Of a stretch of 64,000 nt of DNA, positions 20,123 to 31,864 are shown piece after piece. A model generated the notes under the pieces. That model was not told the DNA's origin and made no database searches. It was given only the letters and a program-made list of their open reading frames with translations. The DNA is from Chamaesiphon sp. (lineage in GTDB: Bacteria; Cyanobacteriota; Cyanobacteriia; Cyanobacteriales; Chamaesiphonaceae), in assembly GCA_965246715.1 (NCBI GenBank), contig CBDFFH010000043.1:64001-128000 (forward strand). Direction: 5' to 3'. The translations under genes were made by a program, and so were the position numbers. Within the stretch, counting starts at the first letter, position 1. The number at the start of each line of letters is the position of its first letter.

Positions 20123-21772
20123 ATGTCAAATTCCCCTCATTGGTTAGATCTGAGTGAATATCTAGCGATCGCTGTAGCAGTAGTAGGGGTAGTCGCCGCA
20201 GTCAATTCCTCAACCTGGAGCTATGCAGTAGTACCGTTACTAATTAGTACGGTTCTCAATGCGATCGCTCGCTGGCGAATGAACCAAAACCTGCGTCTGC
20301 GCGAGCGGACATTAGAGCGCAAACTAGAAGCCGAACTCCAACAGCAAGGGGAAGGCCTCCAGCAGGAAATCGCTCAAGCGCGGAGTTTTGCAACCGCTTT
20401 AGTCAAACAAACGATGGCAGCCCAAAAATCCGAACCGGCTGCCCTTGTTGCTGCAGAGCACCGCGAGGTCACCGCTTTAGAGCAGAAGTTTGACACGCAC
20501 AAGCAACTGATGCAGTCAATGCAAGAACATGTTGCTGGAGTCGAGGGCAGTTTGAAAGATGTGGTAGATTTGCTCGAAGGTACGGCCTTAAACGATCGCG
20601 TCGAGCATTTGGAGCGGCATCTGACGCTAATGTCGCAGCAATTAGGCTTCGAGCCGCTGGAAGTATCGGCTCGTGCAGATCGCAGTGTTGGTTTTGACGG
20701 TCGTGTCCAGATCCGAAGCGATCGAGACGAACCAGAAATCGATATTATGCCACTGTTAGATATGATCTCCGAAGACTTGATGTCTGGAGAATTAATTTCT
20801 GGCGATCTGACTTCTGGCGAATTAAGCGGCGATCTATGGTCGAAACCCACTTGGAATCTCCAGCAGACGATTAGTGCCCACAGCGACTGGGTCAGGTGCC
20901 TGAGCTTTACGCCTGATGGAGCCAAACTCGTCAGTGGCAGTTTTGACAAGACAATTAAATTGTGGCAATTAGATACTGGTGCGGTAATCCACACCCTCGC
21001 CGATCATCCGAAAGGGGTGTTTGCGCTAGCCGTAAGTCCCGATGGCAAGCTCCTCGCCAGTGGTAGTTGGGATGACACGATTAAATTATGGAATCTGGAA
21101 ACTGGTACTCTGCTCCACGATTTAATCAAGCACACGGCCTCTGTCCGTTCGCTGGCAATTAGTCCCGACAGTCAAACTTTAATTAGTGGCAGCTTCGATC
21201 GCACGATCGAGCTATGGCAGATCCCAGCAGGCGTGCCGAGACAAACGATTAGCGCGCGCGATCCGATCTCGGCAATTGCCCTCAGTGCCGATGGTAAATT
21301 TTTAGCGAGTACTGGGGATGACGGCAAAATCGAGCTATGGTCGATCGCTTCCGGTCGTCCGCTTGGCGTAGCGATCGGCAATAAACATTGTATCGGCTCT
21401 TTGGCCATCGGCCCCGACTCGCAAACGATCGCCGCAGGGACGGTCAATGGCTATGTTATCCTGTGGCAATTAGCAAATCTCGATGCAGATCGGCTGCAAC
21501 AAATCGAGCCGCTCCAGTCGATTAAAGCCCATGCAGGACAAATAAATGCTTGTGTGTTTAGCCCTGATGGTCGATACATCATTACTGGTAGCGTCGATGG
21601 CAAAGCCAAAGTGTGGTACAAAGGTGAAGATCTGAGCTTTCGGAACAAAGCCAGAAGCATTCTCAAAGGCGACCCCGGACGCTCGGTGATGTCTGTCGCG
21701 ATCGATACCGATGGTCGATTGATTGCCGTTGGTGGTGCTGATGGCACAATTCAAGTTTGGCAGCAATTATAA
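20123..21772 (+). CDS. WD40-repeat protein with N-terminal TM helices and a coiled coil
   Basis: About seven WD repeats (AHSDWVRCLSFTPDG...SGSFDKTIKLW) and a hydrophobic N-terminus. Confidence 0.9.
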   Translation: MSNSPHWLDLSEYLAIAVAVVGVVAAVNSSTWSYAVVPLLISTVLNAIARWRMNQNLRLRERTLERKLEAELQQQGEGLQQEIAQARSFATALVKQTMAAQKSEPAALVAAEHREVTALEQKFDTHKQLMQSMQEHVAGVEGSLKDVVDLLEGTALNDRVEHLERHLTLMSQQLGFEPLEVSARADRSVGFDGRVQIRSDRDEPEIDIMPLLDMISEDLMSGELISGDLTSGELSGDLWSKPTWNLQQTISAHSDWVRCLSFTPDGAKLVSGSFDKTIKLWQLDTGAVIHTLADHPKGVFALAVSPDGKLLASGSWDDTIKLWNLETGTLLHDLIKHTASVRSLAISPDSQTLISGSFDRTIELWQIPAGVPRQTISARDPISAIALSADGKFLASTGDDGKIELWSIASGRPLGVAIGNKHCIGSLAIGPDSQTIAAGTVNGYVILWQLANLDADRLQQIEPLQSIKAHAGQINACVFSPDGRYIITGSVDGKAKVWYKGEDLSFRNKARSILKGDPGRSVMSVAIDTDGRLIAVGGADGTIQVWQQL

Positions 21773-21909
21773 TACAATCTTATTTGATTGCAAATTAGAT
21801 TGTAAAGTAAATTACTTGTTGCCGATTGATAAATATTAGGGAATAATTACAATACCGAGACAGTTGCATTAACCTTTGTAAAATAAGTCAATTTTCAATA
21901 TCTTAAATT

Positions 21910-22845
21910 ATGCGAATTTTAGTTACCGGTGGTGCTGGGTTTATTGGTTCTCATCTGATCGATCGCTTAATTCAAGAGGGACATGATGTGATCTGCTTGG
22001 ATAACTTTTATACAGGGACTAAGCGTAATATCCACAAATGGTTAGATTGTCCTCAATTTGAATCGATCCGGCATGATATTACTGAGCCAATTCGCTTAGA
22101 AGTAGATCGAATTTATCATTTAGCCTGCCCAGCATCGCCAGTTCACTATCAATATAATCCGATCAAAACCACTAAGGTAAGCTTTCTCGGGACATCGAAT
22201 ATGTTAGGGCTTGCCAAACGTGTGAAAGCGCGGATCTTACTCGCTTCAACTTCCGAAGTTTATGGCGATCCTGACGTGCATCCGCAGCCAGAAGAATATC
22301 ATGGCAATGTCAATCCGATCGGCATCAGATCCTGCTATGACGAAGGCAAGCGCATTGCTGAAACGCTGGCATTCGACTACCATCGCCAGCATGATGTCGC
22401 AATTCGCGTCGCGCGCATCTTTAATACTTACGGCCCGAGAATGCTCGAAAACGACGGTCGAGTAGTCAGCAATTTTATCGCTCAGTCTTTGCAAGGAAAA
22501 CCATTAACTGTCTATGGTGAAGGAAATCAAACTCGCAGTTTCTGTTACGTTAGCGATTTAGTTGACGGATTGATGAAATTAATGGAAAGCGATCGCACCG
22601 GGCCGATTAATTTGGGAAATCCTGAAGAATATACCATTCTCGAACTCGCTCAAAAAGTTCGCGATAAAATTGCCCCCGATCGCGAAATCATCTTTAAGCC
22701 ATTACCTCAAGACGATCCCAAACAGCGGAAGCCAGATATTACTAAAGCTAAAAATTGGCTGGGTTGGCAACCGACTATTTCGCTAGAGGCAGGTTTAACC
22801 GAAACAATCGCTGAATTCAAACAAAGACTTGCGTTAAGCGTCTGA
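21910..22845 (+). CDS. UDP-glucuronate decarboxylase (UDP-xylose synthase) family SDR
   Basis: [32 protein letters not shown] and CYDEGKR. Confidence 0.93.
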   Translation: MRILVTGGAGFIGSHLIDRLIQEGHDVICLDNFYTGTKRNIHKWLDCPQFESIRHDITEPIRLEVDRIYHLACPASPVHYQYNPIKTTKVSFLGTSNMLGLAKRVKARILLASTSEVYGDPDVHPQPEEYHGNVNPIGIRSCYDEGKRIAETLAFDYHRQHDVAIRVARIFNTYGPRMLENDGRVVSNFIAQSLQGKPLTVYGEGNQTRSFCYVSDLVDGLMKLMESDRTGPINLGNPEEYTILELAQKVRDKIAPDREIIFKPLPQDDPKQRKPDITKAKNWLGWQPTISLEAGLTETIAEFKQRLALSV

Positions 22846-22930
22846 CAAAATTTCGAGCGATCGCTCGAAAAAGATCTTTTCTAAGCTTAAATCTAAGTAA
22901 TATAACTGATAAATTGGGAGAGAATTAAAC

Positions 22931-24322
22931 ATGCGAGTTTGTACGATCGGTACTGGTTATGTAGGTCTAGTCACCGGGGCTTGTTTGGCACATGTCGGGC
23001 ACGATGTAATGTGCGTAGATAATAATCCCGCGAAAGTAGAATTGATGAAATCTGGGGTATCGCCAATCTACGAGCCAGGTTTGTCGGAAATTATGCAGTC
23101 GGCAATGTCATCTGGCAAACTGACATTTACGACAGATCTGGCGGCGGGAGTGGCACATGGCGAAATTTTGTTTATTGCTGTCGGTACGCCACCACTCCCC
23201 AATGGCTCTAGTGATACTCAATACGTCGAAGCTGTTGCCCGAGGCATCGGTCAACATCTCAATGGCGAGTATAAGGTGATCGTGAATAAGTCTACCGTAC
23301 CGATCGGCTCTGGCGACTGGGTGAAAATGCTCGTGATGGATGGTGTGGCCGCCCGGACCAAGCAACCGAGCTTGGTTGGTGCTGGTGGTGGCGATCTGCA
23401 ATCCGCATTTACAGCTAAGTTTGATGTCGTCAGCAATCCTGAATTCTTGCGCGAGGGTTCGGCAATCTACGATACGCTCAATCCAGATCGGATTGTCTTG
23501 GGTAGCAATAACCAGCAAGCGATCGATTTGATGATCGAGTTATACGCACCAATTATCGATCGGGAATACGCCGAAGATCGGCAGATGCCCCCTGTTAATT
23601 TGTTGACCACAGATTTGGGTTCGGCGGAGATGATCAAGTATGCTGCCAATGCGTTCTTGGCGACGAAGATTAGTTTCATCAATGAGATTGCCAATATCTG
23701 CGAACGCGTCGGTGCTGATGTTACTCAAGTTGCGACGGGTATTGGTTTGGACTCGCGGATTGGGAATAAATTTCTCAATGCTGGGATCGGTTGGGGCGGA
23801 TCTTGTTTTCCGAAAGATTTAGCGGCACTAATTCACACTGGTGCGGATTATGGCTATGATGCGCGCTTGCTCAAAGCAACCGTCAGCGTCAATCACCAGC
23901 AACGGACGCTGGTGATTCAAAAATTGCAAAATTCGCTAAAAATTCTCAAAGGCAAAACGATCGGTCTGTTAGGGTTGACATTCAAACCCGATACTGATGA
24001 TTTGCGCGATGCACCAGCACTTGATATAATTCAGAAATTAATCGAGCTTGGTGCTAAGGTTAAAGCCTACGATCCGATTATTTCGGCTGGTTCGGGCATC
24101 CACTCACAATTAGCAGATGTCAATCTAGTCGCTAGCCCCAATTTACTCGCAGAAGACAGCGATGCGTTGGTTTTAATGACAGAGTGGGCGGAGTTTCAAC
24201 AGCTAAATTATCAAGAACTCGCACAGCTGATGCGCTCTCCGATCGCGATCGATTGTCGGAATTTCCTCTCAGCGACAGACCTCCGCGCTGCTGGTTTCCA
24301 CTATATCGGCATCGGTTGTTAA
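22931..24322 (+). CDS. ugd: UDP-glucose 6-dehydrogenase
   Basis: GTGYVG, NKSTVP, NPEFLREG, GGSCFPKD and FKPDTDDLRD. Confidence 0.96.
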   Translation: MRVCTIGTGYVGLVTGACLAHVGHDVMCVDNNPAKVELMKSGVSPIYEPGLSEIMQSAMSSGKLTFTTDLAAGVAHGEILFIAVGTPPLPNGSSDTQYVEAVARGIGQHLNGEYKVIVNKSTVPIGSGDWVKMLVMDGVAARTKQPSLVGAGGGDLQSAFTAKFDVVSNPEFLREGSAIYDTLNPDRIVLGSNNQQAIDLMIELYAPIIDREYAEDRQMPPVNLLTTDLGSAEMIKYAANAFLATKISFINEIANICERVGADVTQVATGIGLDSRIGNKFLNAGIGWGGSCFPKDLAALIHTGADYGYDARLLKATVSVNHQQRTLVIQKLQNSLKILKGKTIGLLGLTFKPDTDDLRDAPALDIIQKLIELGAKVKAYDPIISAGSGIHSQLADVNLVASPNLLAEDSDALVLMTEWAEFQQLNYQELAQLMRSPIAIDCRNFLSATDLRAAGFHYIGIGC

Positions 24323-24565
24323 TCGACCAGAACTGACACCAACAGGAATTCCGAATGATTCGAAATTCCGTTGAAATTACTAAACAATTATTTTAAGTAT
24401 GGCGATCGATGGATTCGCTCTGCGATCTCAAACTGGCACAAATGCAATTTTAATTGAGTCAATTCTCATACATATAACATTCTATAATCCTTCAGTCGAC
24501 ATTCCTTCAGCCATTTGGCGGTTCGTCATCCAATCTTATCTATTATCAACAAATAGTCTCCTAAT

Positions 24566-26920
24566 ATGAAAGACAGCTTTCCCGAGTTTAATAATCCTAG
24601 ACTAATGCTGTCGCCTGATGCGGTGACAAATCGGTCGAGTGGCTTTGGCCAAGACCGCCCAGATGAGGGGATTGGCTTGAATGTCATGCTCAACGGCTTA
24701 CGCAAATACTGGTATGCTTCGGTGCTAACCACCGCGTTGATGATGGGCGTTATCGGTTATGTCACTTGGAAGCAAGTCCGCATCTATCGATCGGCAGTGC
24801 AAATCTCGGTCGACTTAAAGGGTGGTTCTAGTTTTGCCGAAAAAATGGCTGGTGGGGTTGACAGTAACGGACAATCTGAAGATCGAGCGATTGCGATCGA
24901 GACGATCGTGCAATCATTGCGTAGTAAAAGCATGATCGAAAAAGCGATTGCGACAATTTCCGATCCCAAATCGAAACCATCAGTCGCACAAGTCCTCACC
25001 GGACTGAGAATTCAAGCTAAACCAGATAGTAACGTGCTTACCATCAGCTACACGGCGCTATCGCCTGATGAAATTGTCAACGTCCTCAATGCCTTGAGTA
25101 AAGTCTACGTTGACTATAGTATTCAGGCTAAGAAAGCGCGGACGAATAACTCGATCGAATTTATCGAATCGCAGTTACCCGCTTCTCGCAAGCGATTGGA
25201 AAATTCAGCCTCCCAGATCGAACAATTTCGGATTAAATATCGGTTTGTAGATCCCGCGACTTCCGCCACTGCCCTCGATGGCTATCGACAAGGTATTGTT
25301 GCCAAGTTGAACGAATCCCGTTCGGCGTACTATCAAACCCAACAAGAATATCAAGAACTAAAGAAACAACTCGAATCCGTCGGCTTAAAATCCAATGGCA
25401 ACTTGAGCACGACCATGCTCACTCAAGATGCTGCTTATCAACAGCTATTCGCACAACTCAAAGAGCTAGAACTCAAGTATAACCAGGAAAGTGTCAGATT
25501 CAGCCCGACCAATCCGCTGATCGTTAGCCTCAAGGAAAAACGCGATGGCGTATTGGTATTACTCCGCACGCGGGCGCAACAAGTGCTCAAAAGGCAAGTA
25601 GCCGATAACGAACTCACTCAAGGCGGTATTGCTAACTTTAGCAACAATCTTGCCCAAACTTTCGCTAACAAGCAAGTCGAGTTAGAAACTCGCTTAGTCG
25701 CTCAAACAGCTCAGTCTCAGGGTTTAGAAGCAGTTTATCAGCAGGTTCAAACCCAGATCGCGCAATTACCAGGATTGCAAAAACAATACACCGAGATGCA
25801 ACGCGAATACCAGATTGCTTCCCAAGAACTCACCGCATTTCTGCAAAAAGTTCAAGAATTAAAAATCGTCAATGCCGAGCAGGTGGTGCCGTGGAAGTTG
25901 CTCGATCCCCCAGAATATCCCCGATTTCCAGTGTCGCCAGATGTACCGCGCCAAATGGGGCTAGGTGCGATCGGGAGTTTATTGGCTGGCGTGCTAGTAT
26001 CGGTGGGATTGAATAAGCTCGACGATCGAGTGGATAATCCCGATACGGTCAAATCGATGACCGGAATGCCGATCCTATCGTTGATTCCCAAAGTAGATGA
26101 TTTAGACCAGTCTTCATCGATGCGCGGCAGCAATTTCCTCCAAACGACTAAAGGTAAGCATAAAGATTATTCTTATTGGAGCTTTGTTGAATCGATCCGC
26201 ACACTCGCACTCGGGATCGGGTTGACCAGCGATCGTGGAGATGAGAAGAAATCCGGTAAAATTATTGCCATGACTTCCTCGTTACCCAAAGAAGGGAAGT
26301 CGACGATCGCTTTTCATACTGCCAATACACTCGCGGAATTAGGTTATCGCGTCTTGTTGATCGATGCTGATATGCACAAATCGACGATCGCCCAATTGTG
26401 TGCTACTTCACCCTTATTCAATCGCGAAGATTGTGACGAATCTGCTGGATTGAGCGATGCCATCGTGGGTAATCGGGAGTGGCAAGATTTAGTCAAAGTC
26501 AGCCCCGAGTCAAAATTAGAGGTGCTATTTTCCGGACAACAAACTGTTAGTTCGATCGTGCTATTTAATTCACCTCGATTGTTACGTCTGATGGTAGAGT
26601 GGCGTAAGGAGTATGATTACGTCCTGTTCGATACCCCACCGATTGTTGGTGTGAGCGATACCAGATTGCTTGCTAGTTTAGTTGATGGACTAGTATATAT
26701 TGTTAGCTTAAATGTCGCTCAAAAACAGATTATCGATCGCGGTATCGATATTATTTCTTCACTAAAAACTCCCGTTCTGGGATTGGCAATCAACCGAGTC
26801 GAAAATCATTATTCTGGTTACAACAAGTATTACCAGTATTATCAATCGTCTCACGATTTACACGACAGAACTACCAAACCGAAAGCCATCGATCCTGAAA
26901 AGCAAGGTGTTGAGGTTTAA
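24566..26920 (+). CDS. wzc: Wzc/GumC-type polysaccharide co-polymerase with BY-kinase domain
   Basis: Two TM segments with a periplasmic coiled coil, Walker A SSLPKEGKST, LLIDAD, FDTPP and a Tyr-rich tail (YSGYNKYYQYY). Confidence 0.9.
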   Translation: MKDSFPEFNNPRLMLSPDAVTNRSSGFGQDRPDEGIGLNVMLNGLRKYWYASVLTTALMMGVIGYVTWKQVRIYRSAVQISVDLKGGSSFAEKMAGGVDSNGQSEDRAIAIETIVQSLRSKSMIEKAIATISDPKSKPSVAQVLTGLRIQAKPDSNVLTISYTALSPDEIVNVLNALSKVYVDYSIQAKKARTNNSIEFIESQLPASRKRLENSASQIEQFRIKYRFVDPATSATALDGYRQGIVAKLNESRSAYYQTQQEYQELKKQLESVGLKSNGNLSTTMLTQDAAYQQLFAQLKELELKYNQESVRFSPTNPLIVSLKEKRDGVLVLLRTRAQQVLKRQVADNELTQGGIANFSNNLAQTFANKQVELETRLVAQTAQSQGLEAVYQQVQTQIAQLPGLQKQYTEMQREYQIASQELTAFLQKVQELKIVNAEQVVPWKLLDPPEYPRFPVSPDVPRQMGLGAIGSLLAGVLVSVGLNKLDDRVDNPDTVKSMTGMPILSLIPKVDDLDQSSSMRGSNFLQTTKGKHKDYSYWSFVESIRTLALGIGLTSDRGDEKKSGKIIAMTSSLPKEGKSTIAFHTANTLAELGYRVLLIDADMHKSTIAQLCATSPLFNREDCDESAGLSDAIVGNREWQDLVKVSPESKLEVLFSGQQTVSSIVLFNSPRLLRLMVEWRKEYDYVLFDTPPIVGVSDTRLLASLVDGLVYIVSLNVAQKQIIDRGIDIISSLKTPVLGLAINRVENHYSGYNKYYQYYQSSHDLHDRTTKPKAIDPEKQGVEV

Positions 26921-26990
26921 CTCGATCGCGAACGCTCGGGGCAAGTCGCTAACCAAACTCAGTCCCGATCTGCGCTTAACCATCGCTAGT

Positions 26991-27602
26991 TTATAAGTTC
27001 CCAAAGTATTCTTTGGATTTGACCGGATCGGGATTCATTGTTTTAGTTCCTGGTTGCCAATCAGCGGGACAAACTTCATTTGGATTGGCTTGAACGTGTT
27101 GAATTGCTTGCAGTACTCGCAATGTTTCATCGACACTGCGACCGAAAGATAGATTGTTGACGGTAGCGTATTGTAGGACACCCAGTCGATCGATAATAAA
27201 TAACCCACGCAAAGCAGTCCCTGCAGCCGGATCTAGTACATTATAAGCTGCGCTAATTTCTTTTCGAAGGTCGGATACCAGTGGAAAATTAATGTCTCCT
27301 AATCCGCCGAATTTGCGCTCGGTTTCAATCCAAGCTAAGTGGGAAAATTCACTATCGACAGAAACAGCTAAAACATCGGTATTTAATACTTGAAATTCTG
27401 CAAAGCGATCGCTAAAAGCAATAATTTCTGTCGGGCAAACAAAAGTAAAATCTAATGGATAAAAAAACAGTACGACATATTTACGATGACTAGATAGTTT
27501 GACTTGTTTGAACTGGCGATCGACCACCGCAGTTGCGACAAAATCTGGTGCAACTTGTCCGACTCTCAAGCAGTTGCCTTCATCGGTATAATTATTCATC
27601 AT
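26991..27602 (-). CDS. Typical 2-Cys peroxiredoxin (AhpC/TSA)
   Basis: [14 protein letters not shown] and the resolving motif EVCPADW. Confidence 0.96.
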   Translation of the reverse strand: MMNNYTDEGNCLRVGQVAPDFVATAVVDRQFKQVKLSSHRKYVVLFFYPLDFTFVCPTEIIAFSDRFAEFQVLNTDVLAVSVDSEFSHLAWIETERKFGGLGDINFPLVSDLRKEISAAYNVLDPAAGTALRGLFIIDRLGVLQYATVNNLSFGRSVDETLRVLQAIQHVQANPNEVCPADWQPGTKTMNPDPVKSKEYFGNL

Positions 27603-27768
27603 AAGCTTGTGTTTGAGTGCGAGTGGCTGACTGAGATTTGAGCTTATTTACCACCCTCGGTAACTATCTATTATAAGCAACTTAGCTGGGTGTAAGAGGT
27701 GCCTAAATCCAAAAATGTTCGCCACGAACGTGTAATAATGTATCCAAAATCCATAATTGTTGGCGAGC

Positions 27769-28527
27769 ATGGGTCTTTTCACACAGCTATCATTACTAGT
27801 CACAGATCTCGATCGGACCCTAGTTGGCAATGACGAATCGCTGGAGCGACTCAATCAACTACTCGATCGCTATCGTCAAACTTATGGCACGAAAATCGTC
27901 TATGCCACAGGTAGATCGCGCGAGTCTTATCACGAACTCTTAACAACTCAACAACTGCTAGTTCCCGATGCACTGATCGCTGCTGTTGGTACCGAAATTT
28001 ATCTAGAAGGGATGGCGACTCCCGATCCGGATTGGGCAGATAAGCTCAGTCTCAATTGGCAGCAGGAGCGGATTATCGCGATCGCCAGTCAATTTGCTGA
28101 TTTAGATCTCCAACCCTCTGCCGAACAACGTCCCTTTAAAGTTAGCTATTATCTGTCGACAAGCGTTGCTGGGGCAGTATTGCCGCAATTACAAGAGCTA
28201 TATAAACAACAACAACTTGATGTCGAAATTATTTATAGTGGTAGTAAAGACTTAGACATTTTGCCTAGGGGTGGGGATAAAGGAACAGCAGTACAATTTT
28301 TGCGCGAGCGTTGGCAGATCGACGCAGCCCAAACCGTCGTCTGTGGCGATTCTGGAAATGATATTTCGCTGTTCGAATACGGTTGCGAACGCGGCATCAT
28401 CGTGGGTAATTCTCAGCCAGAACTCCGGTTGTGGCATGAATTGCACCCAGTCGCGCATCATTACCTCGCCGTTGCTGGGTATGCTGAGGGTATTTTGGAG
28501 GGATTACAATATTTCCGCTTTGTCTAA
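27769..28527 (+). CDS. spp: Sucrose-phosphate phosphatase
   Basis: HAD motifs TDLDRTLVG, YATGRS, EQRPFKVSY, DLDILP..DKG and CGDSGND. The start could be 27757. Confidence 0.9.
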   Translation: MGLFTQLSLLVTDLDRTLVGNDESLERLNQLLDRYRQTYGTKIVYATGRSRESYHELLTTQQLLVPDALIAAVGTEIYLEGMATPDPDWADKLSLNWQQERIIAIASQFADLDLQPSAEQRPFKVSYYLSTSVAGAVLPQLQELYKQQQLDVEIIYSGSKDLDILPRGGDKGTAVQFLRERWQIDAAQTVVCGDSGNDISLFEYGCERGIIVGNSQPELRLWHELHPVAHHYLAVAGYAEGILEGLQYFRFV

Positions 28528-28870
28528 TCGATCGACTACACATTCTTATCCCGTTAGGAGCGGGTAATTATGATTCCTGATTTTCGGTCTCGCTCATACT
28601 CATATCTGGAGATTTCCAGGGATCTCGATCGCGCTAATATTTATAAATGTTATCGGCTGCTGCGATCCTGATGTAATTTACCAGCCGCTCTCCAGCGCGA
28701 TCGTGGCACCAGTGATGGTCATCAGATAGTTACATCTATTAAAGATTTTGCAGTTACCTCTTGACAAAATGAAAAATATACTCCAACTTGACTGAGTAGT
28801 GGTTGTTTTAAACTAGCACCATTCCAGCCAGATTTTACCCACGAATTCCTGACGACCTCAAGCCGATCCT

Positions 28871-31528
28871 ATGTCAACTCTCGTCATCGTCGAATCACCC
28901 ACTAAAGCGCGCACCATCAGTAAGTTTTTGCCATCGAGTTATGTCGTGAAAGCTTCGATGGGGCACGTCCGGGATCTGCCACCATCGGCAGAAGAAATTC
29001 CCCCTGAATATAAATCCCAGAAGTGGGCAAACCTGGGGATCGATGTGGAGTCTGGGTTTGCGCCTTTATATATCATTCCCAAAGACAAGCGCAAGATCGT
29101 GCAAGAATTGAAAACCGCGCTCAAAGGTGCCGACGAACTGATCCTCGCGACGGACGAAGATCGTGAGGGTGAAAGTATCAGTTGGCACCTATTGCAGCTC
29201 CTCAATCCCAAAGTACCGACAAAACGGATGGTATTCCACGAGATTACCAAAGAAGCGATCCAGAAGGCATTGAAAAATTGTCGCAATATCGACGAACAAA
29301 TCGTTCATGCTCAGGAAACCCGCCGGATTCTCGATCGATTGGTGGGTTATACACTTTCACCCTTACTCTGGCGGAAAATCGCTGGGGGGTTATCAGCTGG
29401 GCGCGTGCAATCAGTTGCCGTGCGGTTGTTAGTCATGAAAGAACGCCAGCGGCGGGCATTTAAGTCAGCGCAATATTGGGATTTGAAAGCATTACTCGCC
29501 CACAATAAAGCCGAATTTGACTCGAAACTAGTCACTGTAGATGGTACCAAAATCGCGACAGGTGCCGATTTCGATCCGAATACCGGAAATTTACTAGCAG
29601 GGAAAAAAGTCAAAGTCCTTAACGGGGCAGAAGCTACCGCGCTCAAAGAAAACCTCAAGGGTAAAACTTGGACGGTAACGGGATTGGAAGAAAAGCCCGT
29701 CACGCGCAAACCATCACCCCCATTTACCACCTCCACGCTCCAACAAGAATCCAACCGGAAGCTGCGATTGTCCGCGCGGGAAACCATGCGCGTGGCACAG
29801 AGCTTGTACGAGCAGGGCTATATTACTTACATGCGGACGGATTCGGTGCATTTATCCGAACAAGCGATCGATGCTGCGCGGGCTTGCGTATTAGAAAAAT
29901 ATGGCTCAGAATATCTCAGCCCCAAACCTCGCCAATACTCGACCAAATCTAAGGGTGCCCAAGAAGCTCACGAAGCTATTCGTCCCGCTGGGAGCAGCTT
30001 CCGCACCCCCAAGGAAACCGGACTCTCTGCCAAGGAATTGCAACTTTATGACTTGGTATGGAAACGGACGGTAGCTTCCCAAATGGCCGATGCGCGGCAA
30101 ACCCAGCTCAGCGTCGATTTACAGGTCGAGAATGCTGGCTTTCGTTCATCCGGTAAGCGGATCGATTTTGCTGGCTACCTACGGGCATATGTCGAAGGAT
30201 CTGACGATCCTAATGCAGCGATCGAAGACCAAGAAATCATCCTGCCAGCATTAGTCAAAGGCGATCGTCCCGATTGTAAAAAACTCGACGCGATCGCTCA
30301 TGAAACCCAACCACCCGCACGCTATACCGAAGCCTCCCTTGTTAAGATGCTCGAAAGTGAAGGAATCGGTCGTCCGAGTACTTATGCCAGCATCATCGGG
30401 ACGATAATCGATCGGGGCTACGCTCAACTCCAAAGCAATGCCCTCGTGCCGAGTTTTACCGCCTTTGCGGTGACTGCTTTACTCGAAAAACATTTTCAGG
30501 ATTTAGTCGATCCGAGTTTTACCGCGCGGATGGAACAAACGCTCGATGATATCTCGACTGGGACGACCCAGTGGTTGCCGTACTTAGAGAAATTTTATTT
30601 AGGTGAAAAAGGCTTAGAAAACCAAGTCAAGCAAGGTTTTACCGATATCGATGCAACTTTAGCACGGACGATCGCCTTAGATAATCTCGATGTCAAAGTG
30701 CGGATCGGTAAATTTGGAGCATTTATCGAAACCGAATCCGGTAATGCTTCGATTCCGAAAGATCTCACCCCTGCCGATCTCGTACCAGAAACGATCGAGA
30801 TGTTGCTCAAACAAAAGAGCAGTACCCCCGATACCCTTGGCAATCATCCCGAAACTGGCGAACCGATCTATCCGAAATTAGGCCCATTTGGCCCCTATGT
30901 GCAATTGGGCGATAAGGATGAACAGAGCAAGAAAAAACCCAAACAATCATCGCTTCCCAAAGGGATGAAACTCGAAGATGTCACCCTCGAAATCGCCGTC
31001 GAACTACTCAAACTCCCGCGCAGCTTGGGCGTTCATCCTGAAACTGGTGGAAAACTCCAGACTAACTTGGGTAGATTCGGGCCGTATATTTTGTACGATC
31101 GCGGCAAGGAGGGGAAAGAATATCGCTCTCTCAAAGCACCCGATGATGTACTCACTGTTAGCTTAGAACGTGCGGTGGCAATCTTAGCCGAACCCAAGGC
31201 AGTACGCGGCGCACGGGGCAGTAAAGAACCCCTGCGAGTCATCGGCACCCATCCCGACGATAACCAACCCGTAGCAATTTATGAAGGTCCTTACGGTAAA
31301 TATATCAAGCACGACAAAACGAATGCTGGGATACCTGAAGGCGAGACGGTAGAAGGCATCAGCCTCGAAACTGCCCTCAGTCTATTAGTAGCAAAAGGTG
31401 GCACGGTTAAGAAAACAACCAAACGGGCAACCACTACCAAAAAAGCAACCACAACCAAAGCTAAAACCACCACTACCAAAAAGACAACTACTGCTAAAAA
31501 AACGACTACTAAATCCAAATCTAGTTAA
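28871..31528 (+). CDS. topA: DNA topoisomerase I
   Basis: LVIVESPTKA, ATDEDREGE, SAGRVQS, catalytic ITYMRTDS, C-terminal repeats and a K/T-rich tail. Confidence 0.98.
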   Translation: MSTLVIVESPTKARTISKFLPSSYVVKASMGHVRDLPPSAEEIPPEYKSQKWANLGIDVESGFAPLYIIPKDKRKIVQELKTALKGADELILATDEDREGESISWHLLQLLNPKVPTKRMVFHEITKEAIQKALKNCRNIDEQIVHAQETRRILDRLVGYTLSPLLWRKIAGGLSAGRVQSVAVRLLVMKERQRRAFKSAQYWDLKALLAHNKAEFDSKLVTVDGTKIATGADFDPNTGNLLAGKKVKVLNGAEATALKENLKGKTWTVTGLEEKPVTRKPSPPFTTSTLQQESNRKLRLSARETMRVAQSLYEQGYITYMRTDSVHLSEQAIDAARACVLEKYGSEYLSPKPRQYSTKSKGAQEAHEAIRPAGSSFRTPKETGLSAKELQLYDLVWKRTVASQMADARQTQLSVDLQVENAGFRSSGKRIDFAGYLRAYVEGSDDPNAAIEDQEIILPALVKGDRPDCKKLDAIAHETQPPARYTEASLVKMLESEGIGRPSTYASIIGTIIDRGYAQLQSNALVPSFTAFAVTALLEKHFQDLVDPSFTARMEQTLDDISTGTTQWLPYLEKFYLGEKGLENQVKQGFTDIDATLARTIALDNLDVKVRIGKFGAFIETESGNASIPKDLTPADLVPETIEMLLKQKSSTPDTLGNHPETGEPIYPKLGPFGPYVQLGDKDEQSKKKPKQSSLPKGMKLEDVTLEIAVELLKLPRSLGVHPETGGKLQTNLGRFGPYILYDRGKEGKEYRSLKAPDDVLTVSLERAVAILAEPKAVRGARGSKEPLRVIGTHPDDNQPVAIYEGPYGKYIKHDKTNAGIPEGETVEGISLETALSLLVAKGGTVKKTTKRATTTKKATTTKAKTTTTKKTTTAKKTTTKSKSS

Positions 31529-31597
31529 GCAATGTCACTCGACTAACACTTATTGAGTTGCAGCAACTCGAATACATTAAAGGTCGATATTTTCTCA

Positions 31598-31634
31598 ACC
31601 ATTCGATCGAATAATTTGAATCGGTCGAATGGTT
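31598..31634 (+). terminator. Hairpin after topA (possible terminator)
   Basis: AACCATTCGATCGA...TCGGTCGAATGGTT. Confidence 0.45.
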
Positions 31635-31864
31635 TGCTTGGCAATTTGCCCTTCACATTTGGTGAAAACTTATTAATTTAATGGCAACAGAAGTCATAGG
31701 ATCTAAAATAGACGATCTCGATCGGTCAATGGATGATTGGTTCGTAAATTTGTTCGATCGAAATATCCACCTGTCACTAACTCAATCATAAAGCCACTGA
31801 AGTTTGCAGGAAATAGCCGCAAAGCTGTGCTGACTAGATCTCTAGCATAGTAGCCTTTAGTTAT

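Noticed and set aside
20763..20838. Short (S/T)G(E/D)L peptide repeats in the WD40 protein linker
   Set aside because: Probably local slippage in a disordered linker, with no evidence of function.
20374..20994. 206-aa antisense ORF (also 2040-2570, 29347-29787, 54102-54632 and similar)
   Set aside because: These are shadow ORFs opposite well-supported genes, with no motifs.
31405..31525. Low-complexity K/T repeat at the end of topA
   Set aside because: A basic C-terminal tail is a common feature of such TopA proteins.
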